Of a stretch of DNA of 64,000 nucleotides, positions 25,345 to 38,590 are shown piece after piece. Position numbers and translations under genes: made by a program. Below the pieces are notes generated by a model, which was given only the letters and a program-made list of their open reading frames with translations, did no database searches and was not told the DNA's origin. This DNA comes from Euglena gracilis (lineage: Eukaryota), in assembly GCA_039621445.1 (NCBI GenBank), contig CP154954.1:30012395-30076394 (forward strand), written 5' to 3'. Numbering within the stretch: position 1 is the first letter of the stretch; each line of letters starts with the position of its first letter.

Positions 25345-26015
25345 AGCTGGTTACCTTAGCCTCCGCGGAGGCTCTGCAGAGGCTCCGCGGAGGCTGGTTA
25401 CCTTGAGCCTCGAAGGCTGGTTACCTTGGAGCCTCCTCGGCAGGGAATTTATTAAGCCGGAGGGTACCCTATCCCCCCCCCCCCCGAGGGGGGGTCCAGC
25501 CAGCCAGCCAGCAGCTCAAATCCAGCCAGCAGCCCAAATTCAGGCTGGGAGCCTCCCCCCCTCCCCGGGGGTCGACTGAAATAAAGTCGGGTCCAGCCCG
25601 GCCGGAGGCCGGGCCAGCCGGCCGCAGGCTGGCCAGCCAACTGGGCTGCCCAGCTCACCTATCCCTGCATTTTTTCCCCCTCATCACAGCTTCCTCCATC
25701 ACAGCCCCCCAGCCTTGATCTAGCTCCATCCATCAAATTGTCGAAAAATGGAAAAAATGTTTTAAAAAAATTGTTTTTCACTGACCCAGCCCAGCCCAGC
25801 CCAGCCCCCTCCAGCCCCGGACCCCCCCCCTCCCCCCACCCCCCGGGGGGGGGGGTCCAGCCAGCAGCTCATTTCCAGCCAGCAGCCTTTTTGCCAGCCG
25901 GAGGCTGGACCCCCCCGGGGGTTCCTTAAGAAGTTCCCTGCTCCTTGGAGGCTGGTTACTCTGCTCCTTGGAGGCTCCGCGGAGGCTGGTTACCTTGAGC
26001 CTCCGCAGAGGCAAC
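25345..26015. repeat. ggctggttaccttggagcctccgcgga repeat array, host of a nested MITE
   Basis: Units on both sides of 25441-25940; same unit at 24185-24260. Confidence 0.75.
25441..25940. mobile_element. hAT-like MITE
   Basis: TIR cagggaatttattaag / cttaagaagttccctg; 8-bp TSD ctcctcgg / ctccttgg. Confidence 0.88.
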
Positions 26016-26997
26016 CTAAAAGTTAGGACTCCACTTTTGCGGTACACCCCATTTCCAGAGGTGTTTTTTTCACAAAAATGCAGAGCTGCTAAAACCTACA
26101 GATTTGTTCCACAATTTTGCGTTTGGTCATTTGTTGGGCTGTTGTCTGGGTTTTTGAGTTCCACTTGGGTGGCATTGGGATTTTGTGTCATGGGGCTGCC
26201 ATAAATCCATAAAACTTCATGAACTCTTTCCTTCACAGTTTTGTTTTCAAAGCAAAAATACAGAAAGTGCGGAATGAAAATAAAAATAATTGTCATAATT
26301 TGTGTAAAATTGAATAAACTGAATAAAATTGTACCTTTTTTAATGTATTTTTTTTGTAGTTTTTCCAGTATTGCTTTAAACAAAATTTTGCGTCAAAAAT
26401 CTTGTTTTTTTTGTATTGTTTTCGATACTTTTGGATGGCTTATGATTCATTGGTCATGAAATTTCAATGAAAAAAGTGAAATATTGGCTCAATGGCGGTG
26501 TATTTTCAATCAGACAAAAATTTATTTCCTTGCATGACGTTGCATGATGTATTCCCTCTCTGAAAATGTCCAAGGAGTGTGCAATATGGCAGTTTTTTTT
26601 GGATTTTTTTTTGAATAAGATTCAGGGTTCTTCTAACAAATTTCGGGTCCCTTTGGATGGCTCCCAAACTGAAGAATTTTCTGTGTCCTCATCCGTTTGA
26701 GGACGGAGGGAGGGTCCGACCCCTTCCCCACATATCTTTTGCAAACCCTCTTCAAAACAGTGTAAGACACTCCAAGGAGGCTTGTGCTTTGCAGAATGGT
26801 TTCGTATTGACCCCAGATATGTCACTTTATGTCGATGAAGCCGGAGCTGTGCCCACTTGTGAAGGTCTAAATCATTTTGCTGCAATGAAAATTCTATGCC
26901 TAAATATAGGCTTCTGTTGTCTGGATTCTTAGCCCCCGATGTCTGCCGGAATGGGGGTGAATTCTTTGTGCATTTGAACCTCACAGAATATTCTGTA

Positions 26998-27110
26998 ACC
27001 AGGTTTTGAATAGTGCCGGGCTCTTGATAAGCGCGCACCCACCCCTTCATTGACCAGGTTTTGAATAGTGCTGAGCTCTTGATAAGCGCGCACCCACCCC
27101 TTCATTGACC
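26998..27110. repeat. 55-bp tandem duplication
   Basis: accaggttttgaatagtgc...cccttcattg twice. Confidence 0.9.
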
Positions 27111-27169
27111 CCCCCATATACACCGGGCCATTCTATGAAGCTCTTTTGACTGAAATGCAAGGGTTTTGT

Positions 27170-28235
27170 GCCCGAAACGGGGGGCTGGCGGGTCGAAAAA
27201 CGTTCATTTTCGGCTCAAAATCAGGTTTTCCGAGTCCGGGAGGCCAAAAAACATCGTTTTGAGCAAAAATTTTTTTTCGATTTTTTTTCGACTTTTTTGA
27301 CCCGGGTTTGACCCAAAGTCAATGGGTCGGCGGCCCAAAACAGGGCGCCGGCGGGGCGAAAAACGCTCGTTTTCGGCTCAAAAACAGTTTTTCCGGGTCC
27401 GGGAGGCCAAAAAAACATCGTTTCGGGCAAAAAATTTTTTTCGATTTTTTTTTGATTTTTTTTGGCCGAAAACGGCTAAGTCGAACAGTGGAAAAAGTAT
27501 ACAAAATTGCCTAAAATGGCCTAAATTGGCCAAAAAACGCCCGTATCTCGGGCTAGGCGGTGAGCTGCGGGGAAACCAAAATCCCAGTAGATAGAGCGTT
27601 CCAAGGGCTTCAATTTAGGTCTGTGTACCTTTCCTTTTATTTTGCATCATTTTAGAGAAATTTTGAAAACATCGATTTTTTGACCCCCCACCCCCCGAAA
27701 ACCGCTAAGTCGGACAGTGGGAAAAGTGTACAAAACGGCCATCCGGGTCGAAAACGGCCGTATCTCGGGCTAGGCGGGGACTTGCGGGGAAATCAAAATA
27801 CCGGTGGATGGGGCGTTCCAAGGGCTTCAAATTAGGTCTCCGGACATTTCCTTTGACTTGGCTTCATTTTGGAGATATTTTGAAAATTAACAGTTTTTGG
27901 CCGAAATGGCAGAGTCCAAAGGGGGGGGGCTTATCCAGGGGGGGGGGGCGGGTAAATCCTACCCAGTTTGGACCCCTTCGCGCGTGAATAACTCGGGCCT
28001 GGCGGGGAGTTGGGGGTCAAACCCAGGTGATTCGGAAACTAGAAATCCAGTCGCTCGCATCTGAAAAAAAAATTCCGGGAACCGGGCCGGGGTCATGGTG
28101 ATAATCCGCGGTTTTCACGGTCTACCCAGAGGGGGGGGCCGGTGGAGGGGGGGGGGCGGGTCCGACCCCCCACTTTTCCCTGGTGGTAAGCTTCGCTCTT
28201 ACTCTAAAGAGATAAGAGCTCAGCGACCCCTCTTT
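27170..28235. mobile_element. Interspersed repeat family; inverted copy at ~9880-10200
   Basis: End ggtaagcttcgctct...agagctcagcgacccct matches the reverse complement of 9882-9935 and 41577-41630. Confidence 0.7.
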
Positions 28236-28710
28236 TACCAAGAAAACCTCTCCTCTCCTCTCCTCCCTCACCAACCTACAAGCCTTTTTTAAGCCTCACA
28301 CAGAAAGCACAAACCACATCGCGATCCAAATTACGTCTTGCAGAAAAAAGAATGTGGGGAAATGCAGCACGCTTAAAATGATCGTGGTCACTCTGCCATG
28401 GGGAATTCAACAACCTGCCGTGTTTGTTGCACGACAGCAATAAAACATACCACCTTTGGAAATTTTGGTTTGAACTTGATTCTCATTTTCCCCCAAAGAA
28501 AGGCAAAAGGCACAAATTTTCGAAAAATAAAAATGAAAATGATGGTAAACACAAACAGAAGCCACCAAAAAGGAGCAGGGGAGATCCATTCCCTCCAGAA
28601 TTATTTCCATAATAAAGACGAGGAGGGAATTCCTGCGTTTGTTTTCCTTCTTTTTTTGGGATTTAGAATCATCCTTCTTCAAAGCTATTTGGGCCGAAAA
28701 ATGGAGAATT

Positions 28711-31700
28711 ATGACTGTCCTGCGCACCGCTTTGCGTCTGGTGATGAAGTCCGTCCTGGGCTACAACGTTCAGGCTTTCAAGGGCGTGATGGATGGCGGT
28801 TGGTGGCCCCCGAAGAGCATGCCGTACGTCTTGTCTATGGCTGTTCTGGGCCACAATTTGTCTGGTTGCCAGCTCCACATCACCCTTGATCAGAGTCCAT
28901 TTCTGGGGGGGTTGTGCTCTGTGAACTCCCGTGCCATTACCATTGCCGTCATTTTGGTGTGCTCTGGGGTATGGCATTGCAAATGTTTCCAGCCCCGATG
29001 CAACTTCACTCCCCGTGGCTTTTGAAAGCGTCAGCAGGCGACACGTGGACTCCCTCTGACTTTCCTCCCTTGATGAGTAATACCATTAAAACTGATTGGT
29101 GACCTGGTGTCCCCCCCCCCCCCGTCTGTGTTGGGTTGAGTCCCCCTTTGTTCCCCCATTTTTTTGGACCCCAAAAAGCGGTTATCCTGAGCCCCAGCGT
29201 CGTGGGTGAGCGAATGCTGGCCCCTGAGTTCCTCAAGCTTTGGAGTCAAGAGTTCAATTTGAAGCAGCTCGTCAGAACCAATTTCTCGAAGTTTTCCTGG
29301 AGGAGAAAAGACATATAATTGGGTTTATTTACGTGGCATATTGTTTACAAAGTGTAGACTATGGCCAGAAAGTGTTATTCTTCCAACCACAGTTTAAACT
29401 CCTTCCTGTGAATGTGATATCCCTTGGGGCCTTGGGGGATATTGAAATTGGCCTAACGCAAATTTTGGATCAATTTGTGGATGAGTTTGCACCAAATTTT
29501 CAGCAAAACAGTTCACACCAAAGTTTCCTGGCACGCTTTTGATGGCAAGCATTTCGACACCAAAACCACCAGAAACCCGCGATCCCATTTTCAGGAAGCA
29601 CTCCTCTGTGGTTGAACCCAGGTATCTCAGGAATATACCAAAATCTGGCAAAAAAAACTCTCTCTCATTAAGACTCCTATTTCCACCTCGGTACGCAGCC
29701 AGAGGAATATTTTCCTTGTCGGGGAACCCCTGCCCCTCCTCCTGGGGGGGGGGGAGGCTAGCCCAGTGTGTCTAGTGAAATGGCCAGCCACTTCTGGGTT
29801 GATGGAGACAGGAGATCTTTTTCATGTCGTCTGCAAACATTGGAGCCCTACGGCAGGGGGATATGCGGTCCATCACAGCCCCCTTAGGTGATGGAATAAT
29901 GGGGTAGCAATCAGTTGTCTGCTTCCCCCCCTCACAGTTGCGGAAAGTGACGCGAAGCAAATACGATGCGGTCCACCCGATTCTCCATCATTTTTATTAT
30001 TATGATGTTGCCGATCATTTCATCATTTCTCCCTGGTACCTTTCCAACTCCCCTTGTGGAACATCTTTCAAGGGATTTCGTTCCAGACAAGGGGCAAAGT
30101 GATGGAATTCGGCCACTCTAATTTGGGCAAGTGACAGGTCCATCACAGCCCCCTTAGGTGATGGAATAATGGGGTAGCAATCAGTTGTCTGCTTCCCCCC
30201 CTCACAGTTGCGGAAAGTGACGCGAAGCAAATACGATGCGGTCCACCCGATTCTCCATCATTTTTATTATTATGATGTTGCCGATCATTTCATCATTTCT
30301 CCCTGGTACCTTTCCAACTCCCCTTGTGGAACATCTTTCAAGGGATTTCGTTCCAGACAAGGGGCAAAGTGATGGAATTCGGCCACTCTAATTTGGGCAA
30401 GTGACAGCTGTTAGTCCAGTCTTGGACAAGGCGGAGAAAAATTTTTTTTCGACGTTGCTGGCTTTCCTTCCCCTGCTTTCTGTGTGAATGATTGTGGCTC
30501 AGGGCGTGGCTTCCGCCGCCTGCGTAACGTGCAATCGCTGCTCATGTAAGGCGGTCCTGGTTGCCTGCCACACTCCATCATCGTTCAGAATCCCCAGATC
30601 CTGTGGCTGGCTTCCAACTGTGGGAGTTCAGCCATTACAGGTGGGGGGGGGGGTAAGGAACCTCCCCTGGACCATCATTCTTGACCATTTACTATTTTTT
30701 TCGCGGTGCTTCACACAAGAAATTTTCAGCTGGACCTCTTCCTAGACCACATGGCACAGGACCTGGGCATCGCGTTTACACCATGCTCAACGGCTGGAAA
30801 ATTTGGGCTGGCTGGAAAAGGCTGCTGGGTTTGAACCAGGTCTGAAGAAATTGAAACGGCAAAAAGCTCAAAAATCAGCTCGTGCTGAGCTCCCAATGGA
30901 TTTCACGATTAGCCCTCTGGGTCTTCCAGCAAAATGCAATGACCAGAAGGGACCCCAGTCGGTTCCTTTGACAGTGGCAAGCGAAGAAGGGTGGCTGACC
31001 CACTTGCTGGAGGTTTGAAAGGAAAATGGGGAATGTGCTGAATGGGGCAAAGGATTATGCTGGCCAATATTTTTGGTCTGATTGTCTGATTGTCTGATTG
31101 TCAGCGATTCGGCATGCTCTCGCAAGCAAATGTGTCTCAAAAAGGTCACCGGGCTGCTAGGGCTGTCTCAGACTGAAGACGCCATCTTCCGCGGTGTGCC
31201 GGGCGATTTCATCGAAACAGGCGTGTGGCGAGGCGGCTTGTGCTGTGGGGTTGCCTTGCCAAAGCCTATTACGTGCAGCTTCAGCAGCACCAAGAAGAAT
31301 AGAGATACAGACCTGTTGAGTTGAATTTGGGACTCTTTGGTTTTTGCATTGCTGGAAACATGTTCTCTGATGATACTGTGGGAGGTGTCTAATTTGAGTG
31401 CATGCCAAACTGACCTGGACAATTGTTGGGGCAGAAATCCCCCACATATTTTCGATTTTAGGTTGGCTGCTTGCAGGAAGTGGACTAATTTTGACCCTCT
31501 TCCCCTTCTATTTTTGCTTTCTTCTCCAAATGTTGAGTATGCTCAAAATTCATTTTCCATTCCATTGATTTTCGCGACGCTACTCAACCAAAGCCCAGAC
31601 GTTTTCACCATAACCAGTTTCACGGAACCAATGTCACGCGGAATCCCCACCCAAACGGTCTGCTGGCTTCCCAAATAATGAACCCCATCTTGGGCAGGTG

Positions 31701-34700
31701 TTTTCAACTGCAAAAGCAATTGTTTCTCATTTGTATTTATTTGGAATATGGACAACTTTTATTTGGAATATGGGCTTTCATTTGGATTATGGACAGTTTG
31801 GACTCTCCATCCCCCTGGTGTGGTTTGTTTCCTGTCGCCATGTCTCTCCTGCTCACCTGTCAGTCCTGTCTTGGGTTAGGCTGAGTGGCACCCCAGATAT
31901 CGTGGAGCGATGCCATTATTCTCATAGTCACCAAACGGATGTCGCACTAACAAGGCATATGTCAATTGTCTTTTGGCCTAACCTCATCTATCGTGTGGTA
32001 TTTGTGTCACGCCCCATGGGCACATACTCCCATTCAACAACGACGACGACGACGACGACGACGACAACAACAACAACAACAACAACAATAACAACATCAA
32101 CAACAACAACAACAACTAGATTGGTAATAATGATAACAGTAATAAAGTTTATTGGTTGCCATGACCTGTAAAAATTTTATTACTGTTATCATTATTACCA
32201 ATGTTGGTATTGATTGGTAATAAGTTTATTGGATGCCATGACCTGTAAAAATTTATTACCAATCAATACCAAAATACTCAATTTCAAACCTATTTCCCAA
32301 ACCTATCTACCCACCTTCTATTCATCCTGCTATCTATCCACACACCCACCTGCAAACCTGCCTATGAACTAGGGTCAAACTTAGGGCTTTGCTCCAAGCC
32401 CGCCCAAAAAAGGTTTGGGGGTTTGCGGGGCAGACTGGGCGGAGGCTGCCCTGCCCTCCGCCTGATGGCCGCGGCCCTGTTCCGAGCGTACGGCCAGGTC
32501 CCCCAGCGCAAGGTGTGGCTGGCCGATTCTTTCGAAGGGCTGCCCCAACCCAAGGTGGGCCCTTCCCTGCCCTTCCTGCCCTTCCCACTCAGCAACCGCC
32601 CAGAGTCGAATCCTGGGCTGATATTTAAGCACTGAAAAAATAGTCGCTGGCTGAGGATCAGCTCGCCGCACGGTGTGTTGAGCCACGATTGCGTTCTCCC
32701 GCGTGGGATTCGTTGGACAAGAGGCAAGCTAAAGCGTACGGAATGGGAAGGGGCAGGCACAGGCATTCCTTCTCCATCCAAACAATACAAAGCACCTATT
32801 TTCTCACACTCAAAAACGTGGTTTCAAGAAGAGGACAAGATGAGGCGACCAAAAATGAACATCCTCGTTCCGTTGGGAGGGCATTGGACGCCTGCAAAGC
32901 TTTCAACAACTTTTTTTTGGATGAATTCTCATCCGAATAGGTGTTCCTACGAATTGGTGTTCCTAGGTGTTCCTTCCCTGCCGAAGGTTCGCCTTGCCAC
33001 TGTCCACATGGGCCGTGGACAAAAAGCACCACGATGGCCGTGGGAGTGCTCTGCCCTGTGATTTGGGTCGGAGGTTGTTGGGTGTGAAGCAGGGTTTGAT
33101 ATAAGGAGGGCGTACATGGTTTAGGTGGGGGGGTGTCCCCCCCCCCCTCCTGGCCCGCAGGGGGGGGGGTCCGGACCCCCCCCACCTGCCAGGGGGGTCC
33201 GGACCGACCCTCGGGGGGGTTCCCGGGACCCCCCCAAAAAGGGTCAATTTTTTCCTCCGGCGCTTTGCGCCGAAAATTTTTTGCATTTTTGGCACATTTT
33301 TGCCCAAAAAGTGCCCAAAATGGCACTTTTGGTCGTTTTGGGGGGTCAAAAATTTTCGGCCACCCTGACCGCGCACCTGTTTAGGTGGGGGGGGGTGTCC
33401 CCCCCACCCCCCCCCTCCTGGCCCGCAGGGGGGGGGGCCGGACCACCCCCCCCACCTGTCCTTATATCGAACCCTGGTGTGAAGAAACAGCCCCCTCCTC
33501 TTTGCGATGGGGAGGGCCGTCGTGCTTAAGCTGTTCAGTAAGAATGTTGAAGAGATTCCGCCCTCAACCCTCCATCCACTCCGCTACTCTGAACCTCACG
33601 TACGCTCTCCAAAATGCTGCTGTTCCAAGGGAGCCATGCCACGACACTGGGATGCACACGTTACGCATATTGAACGAGAACAGCCTGGCCGCCGTACAGG
33701 GGTCTTTCCACCAGTATGACGCAGGCCGCTTCTTCAAACCACAGCCCTGCAGAATAAGTTCACATTCAGTCCCCCCCTCCATGTCCAACGAGCACCCCTG
33801 TTCGGACAGAAACTTTTGTTATTGTGAGCGGAATTTCGCCTTTGCCAAACAGCTGCGTCCAATGGACACCCTCCTGTTCGGACCGCAGCTTTTGTCAGCC
33901 AAGTGTTCGCTGGAAAAGGGAGTGGGTCTTGAATGCAGCACACCTCTGGCAGTCTGCCCTTTTCTCAACATCTGGCTGACACTTTTCTGCTATCGGCGTG
34001 GCATCTGCCTTGCAAAACAACCATTCGTTGTTTCAGTTTTTCGACTCTTGCTTATTTGGAAACCTTTGGCGGTCCCTTTTACCCCCAATGTTGTTGATGT
34101 TCTGACCTCCCCCCTTTTGAACTTGGTCTTTCTGCTCCATTTCCCATTATGTTCAAGTGGACGTGGGAAGGTGAATGCAATTTTCATAACGCATAATGGA
34201 TAAAATTTGACAAATGTCAATTGTTGCAACCAACTGATGTTAATTTTTTGATGTTTTTTTTTCAAGGTGTTCATTTTGGGAGCAAAATGACCCGGAAAAA
34301 TAATGGCTGTCTGGTTTGCGGTTCAGTGCCATTTTGGTTTGGGGCTCCAGGAATAGTTTTCTCACATTTGTGAGAACGGTGCCAACCGCCGGAGACAATT
34401 TTCAAACCTTTTAAGGGATTTTTGCCAACACTAACACCAACGCTGATGGACTTTTTTGAAATCGGAGGGTGGACCTCCCCCCCCCCCCCCGCCCGTCATT
34501 GCATGATGGGGGGAGGTTGAGCTGGCTGAACCAGGCTGGAGCCCAGAACATGAAAATTCCCCGTGCTCGGAGAGGAATGTGTGTTCTCACTGCAGCAGCA
34601 AAAAATGTCCTGTTTCAGGGTTACCACTTTGCTTTTCTCCATTTTGAGTTGGTCACCGGAGGGACGTTCGTTTTCTGTGCTGGCGCCTGGAACCTGGGCC

Positions 34701-37700
34701 AAAATGCTCTGTGGTGGGGATTCAACAGGCCAGGTGGCCTGGAATCGCCTCCTTGGCGAAAGCGTAAAATGGCTTCCTGGGTATTTCAACGAGACATTGC
34801 CCAAAGCAAAGAAGGAATAAAGTCACCTGTTCTCCTCACCATGTTCAGATTCATATCATTTTCAAAAACATTTCTTTGGCAATAAATAAATACTCGCATA
34901 TGTTTACACTCACTATTGTGAAGAAACACATTCAATCACCACTTTTTGCAGTGAAGTCACTTTTTACACCGCTTAAGTAACATATTTCTGTCCTCACCTG
35001 CGATATTTGTCCTCACCCCTTTCCCTCCTACTCTTTCTTTGATTGAGCCTAAATGACATTTCTTCTGTTTACCGTTTGCCATATTTCAGCAATCCCTCTG
35101 TGTCCCGCAAACCCCATCTCCAGTGTGTATTATTGCTAACTGGACCTTGTATTCTATAGACATGCACCATGAACTTGATCACAGGTGACCCGCTGGACCT
35201 CTTTTGCTGTCATTCGTCTCGATGGAGATTTGTATGAGAGCGTTTATGAGTCGTTTGTCTTATCGGGATGGGGCTCATTGTCGTGATGGCTGGTTTGCTT
35301 TTGGAATTCTGAAAGATGGTGGTGCGACCCTATATCTCTTTTTATCTTTTCGGGAAAACTCCTGCGGATTGGGAGTGGGTGTTGGGTGTTGGGTTGGGTT
35401 ATCTTTTTGCCTGTTTTTACGGTTGAAAATCAATCATTCCCCTGTTCCCGCTTTCCCAGCAGTTCCCCCTTTTTCCTTGGGTAGGCCTGCAAGTCTTGTT
35501 TGCTCTTTCTGGGAGAGGTGACAGACAGGCGGGAGAGGTGTGCTCCAGTTCCGGCCCCCTCTCTATCCTTTCTTGTCCCCTGGGGGATACGTTATTGTGG
35601 ATGATTACTGGGATCTGGCTTAGCCCATGTCTCAACCCACCACTGAGAAATCTAAAGGACAAGCAGTTCTTATGATGAGTAAATCCACCCCCCCAAATAT
35701 AAGACACCCCCATAAGACACCCCCCAAATATGAGACACCCTTTGGGGATTTTCGGGCCGACACCCAAAAATAAGACACCCCCCAAATATAAGACACCCCT
35801 GGGCTGGCACCTACTTCTCCAAATATAAGACCCTCCCCCCTAATGAAAGGCTTTCCATAGTGAGTGTGGAGCAGCAAATCCGACTGCGGACGAAAATTTG
35901 GAATCCATCATAGGTTCTTGGTCAGAAGTAACTGCTTTTTGGGTGTAGCAGAACAAGGATGAGAATCTATTATTTTGAACAACAAGAAAGCGACCAACTG
36001 CAAGTGGTGATGAATGCCGTTCAGACAATGTATGTATAGATGTTTGTACAAATATATGTGAAGGTACAAGGACATTAGCACAACAACATACTTGCTGGAA
36101 AAGTGTCCAACATATAAGACACCCCTCAGTCGTCCACCTGAAACCCAAATATAAGACACCCCCCAAATATAAGACACCCTTTGGCGAAATTGGTTGACAC
36201 CCAAATATAAGACACCGGTGTCTTATATTTGGGGGGGGGGTTAGCCTCCTCCTTCTTTTCAAGCTTCCTTGTGTCGGTTGTTATCATTAGAAACAAAACC
36301 TCCTTGAATCAGTCACATTCTTCTTTGTGCTCTCTTGTCGGTGACCATATTTTATGGGTTTTTTTGTCCCTAATCTCTTTTTTATTTTGTGAATGTGCCC
36401 ACATTTTATTTGTTCTCCATCCTTACAGCAGGTGGGGGGGGAGTGCAGACCGCATAATATCTCGCATAATTTGCTTTTTTGGTAAAATTTGGAAAATAAA
36501 CGGCCCGGAAAAGCATTCAAAGCAAACGCCTTCTGTTTCAGAGAACATTTTGTTTCATTCTTTGGATCATTTTCTGCATTCTTTTCTCTGTAGAAATTAC
36601 AATTGTTATTGAGCGTCATACAGGGTCCGTAGTTTCAGATTTCTTTCCACAGTAAATGCTCTTTTTTCCATCACCCATTTGTGAGTATCATATGTTTCTG
36701 TTGAATTTGCTTCTTAGTTTGTGTTGGCTCATTGTAATGCAGATGCGGGATTGTTATTTGGCAGTCAACGTTGGTCCTCAGAGAGGCAGGGATGTATGGC
36801 AAGCAGAGAATTTCTGGAGCTGAAGGTCACTTTACCTTTTCACCTCAAAAATTTTGGCTGGAAAAGTCTAAACCAGCTGGATTTGTTCTTTTGTTCGTTT
36901 TTGGGTACCAGCTGGGTCCAGCCTGGCAGCCAGCCAGACCCACCCCTCCGGTTCCCCATCTCGTGAGGGAGGGAACGGGGGTCCAGACATCAGCTTTCCC
37001 CCCCAGCCAGCACCTTTCTCCAGCCGGCAGGCTGGTCCCCTTCAAAAATTCCCTGATGGGAAGCCCTTCCTTTTTGGGCAGGTGGTGAGGATCCCTTCCC
37101 CCCCTCCTCCCCTCCTGAGCACCCAGGGGCTCCTGCAGCCAGCCCTGATTTTGGCCCAGCCCAGCCGCAGCAGCACCCTCCCCGGGGGGGGGGGTGTTAG
37201 CCCTGCTAGCCAGCCCTTTTTTGGAGGGTCCAGCCAATTTTTTTTATATAAAAAAAGGTGTTCAAAAATGGCCAAAATAATGTTTTTGGGCATTTTTTTT
37301 TGCGGGGGTTCTCGGATGCTCATTTTTTTAAAAAAAATGCTTTTTGCAGGTCATTTTTTGGGCAATTGCCCCATTTCGACCTAGCCTGGACCGGCTCAGG
37401 TCCAGCCGGGGTTCAGCCCCACCCCCCTACCCCCCGGGGGGGTGCTGACCAGCCCAAATCTCTAGCCAGTCCAAATTTCGAGCCCGAGCCCAGCAACCCC
37501 CCTGGGGTCCTTACAGAGATGTATGCTCCTGGGGGCAAGGTGGTGCGGACCCCCCAGATGTCACAGATCGATTTTTTTTTTGCCTTCCACATGGCTGGTG
37601 TAATTTTTCCAGAGAAAATGGTACTGAACATTGTTTTTTTAGTATTGTTCACAACATTCCAGAAGGCTTGTTTGGTTAGGTTTTTTGTCAATTCATCTCT

Positions 37701-37812
37701 GATTTGTCCTGCCCCAAATGTGCCTGGAGAAAGTCAGGAACAAACTGGATTGGCGCTCGTATGGCAACTGACCGATATATGAAGGAGATGCAGATCAAAG
37801 CTCGTGTACAAG
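28711..37812 (+). CDS. TylF/NovP/MycF-family (macrocin-type) O-methyltransferase, multi-exon gene with nonconventional introns
   Basis: Colinear exons: 28711-28842 (GGWWPPKSMPYVLSMA), 30765-~30800, ~31172-31241 (EDAIFRGVPGDFIETGVWRGGL), 32460-32563 (CLMAAALFRAYGQVPQRKVWLADSFEGLP), 32768-~32889, ~33512-33537 (RAVVLKLF), ~33655-33816 (LRILNENSLAAVQGSF..SVPP..DRNF), 35206-35260 (AVIRLDGDLYESVYES), 35559-35611 (LYPFLSPGGYVIVDDYW), 37743-~37812 (NWIGARMATDRYMKEMQI). True start and stop not determined. Confidence 0.92.
29868..30407. repeat. 270-bp tandem duplication inside an intron
   Basis: 29868-30137 and 30138-30407 look identical by eye. Confidence 0.95.
32036..32116. repeat. (ACG)n/(ACA)n trinucleotide microsatellite, intronic
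   Basis: Directly visible. Confidence 0.95.
33090..33476. mobile_element. hAT-like MITE, intronic
   Basis: TIR cagggtttgatataagga / tccttatatcgaaccctg; perfect 8-bp TSD gtgtgaag at 33082-33089 and 33477-33484. Confidence 0.93.
35684..36242. mobile_element. MITE with ccaaatataagacacc subterminal repeats, intronic
   Basis: Inverted ends ccccaaatataagacacc / ggtgtcttatatttgggg; several internal copies of the motif. Confidence 0.75.
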
Positions 37813-37825
37813 CACCTGTGCCCCG

Positions 37826-38332
37826 TCCCCCCAAATAATATTCCTCCCAAATAACACCCCAAAATGTCACAGAATTCTTTAACCCCCCCAATTAGAAGCC
37901 CCCCGGCTACTAATTAGAAGCCCGGGGCTACTATTTGGCCACTCTGCGGAAAACCCGAGGGGGGGGGGGCTTCTAATTGGGTACCCTTTGTCTAAAGGAG
38001 AAACCTTCGGCCGGCGGCTGATCCGGGGATCGAACGGGGTCCTAATTTAAAAAGTTGCACGATGCGTTTTTTTTTTTCGAGTTTTGGGTGGATAGGCCAT
38101 GTTCAAGGCAGATATCAATCTGGTTTCCGATTTCGACTTGTTCTCATGGAGATTTTTCCAGCTTTTCACCTTTTTTTTTGGAAGGGTTTTGGTCAACTTT
38201 GTCAGCCAGCTTGGTCGGGGGGGGGGGCTGTTGTTTGGATTTTTGGCGGGAAACCCGAGGGGGGGGTTCTATTTGGGGGAGGGTTGTTATTTGGGGGGGG
38301 GGGTTGTTATTTGGGGGGGGCTTCTAATGGGG
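37826..38332. mobile_element. MITE-like element with ccaaataa / attagaagcc inverted subrepeats
   Basis: Inverted clusters at 37826-37935 and 38262-38330. Confidence 0.55.
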
Positions 38333-38442
38333 TGGTTTACAAGTTGTTGTCCAAAACAAACAAACGCCAATGAAGGCTGTTTTTTTTGTATTTCAGAGAC
38401 TTTGCCCAGCATTTAAATTATGCCATAAACACACACATCCCT

Positions 38443-38590
38443 CCATGTATGGCATAAAGTGCAGCCCCCACAGTCGAGTGTGGGGTACTGTGGGGGGTGA
38501 GTATGGGGGGTGAGGATGACAGTTGGGGGGGGGTGGGGCACCCCACAATTTTGTGGGGTACTGTGGGGGTTCCACTTTACGCCATCTCTA
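38443..38590. mobile_element. Short MITE
   Basis: IR atggcataaagtgcagcccc / ggggttccactttacgccat. Confidence 0.6.

Noticed and set aside
29240-29700. Possible non-LTR RT C-terminal remnant (GGFG)
   Set aside because: One weak motif among many stops.
33385-34203. 272-aa ORF as a standalone gene
   Set aside because: Only ~33655-33816 matches TylF; the rest is intron or MITE sequence.
38348-38416. Terminal TylF exon (NEGCFFCISETLPSI*)
   Set aside because: Plausible, but the frame and junction could not be fixed.
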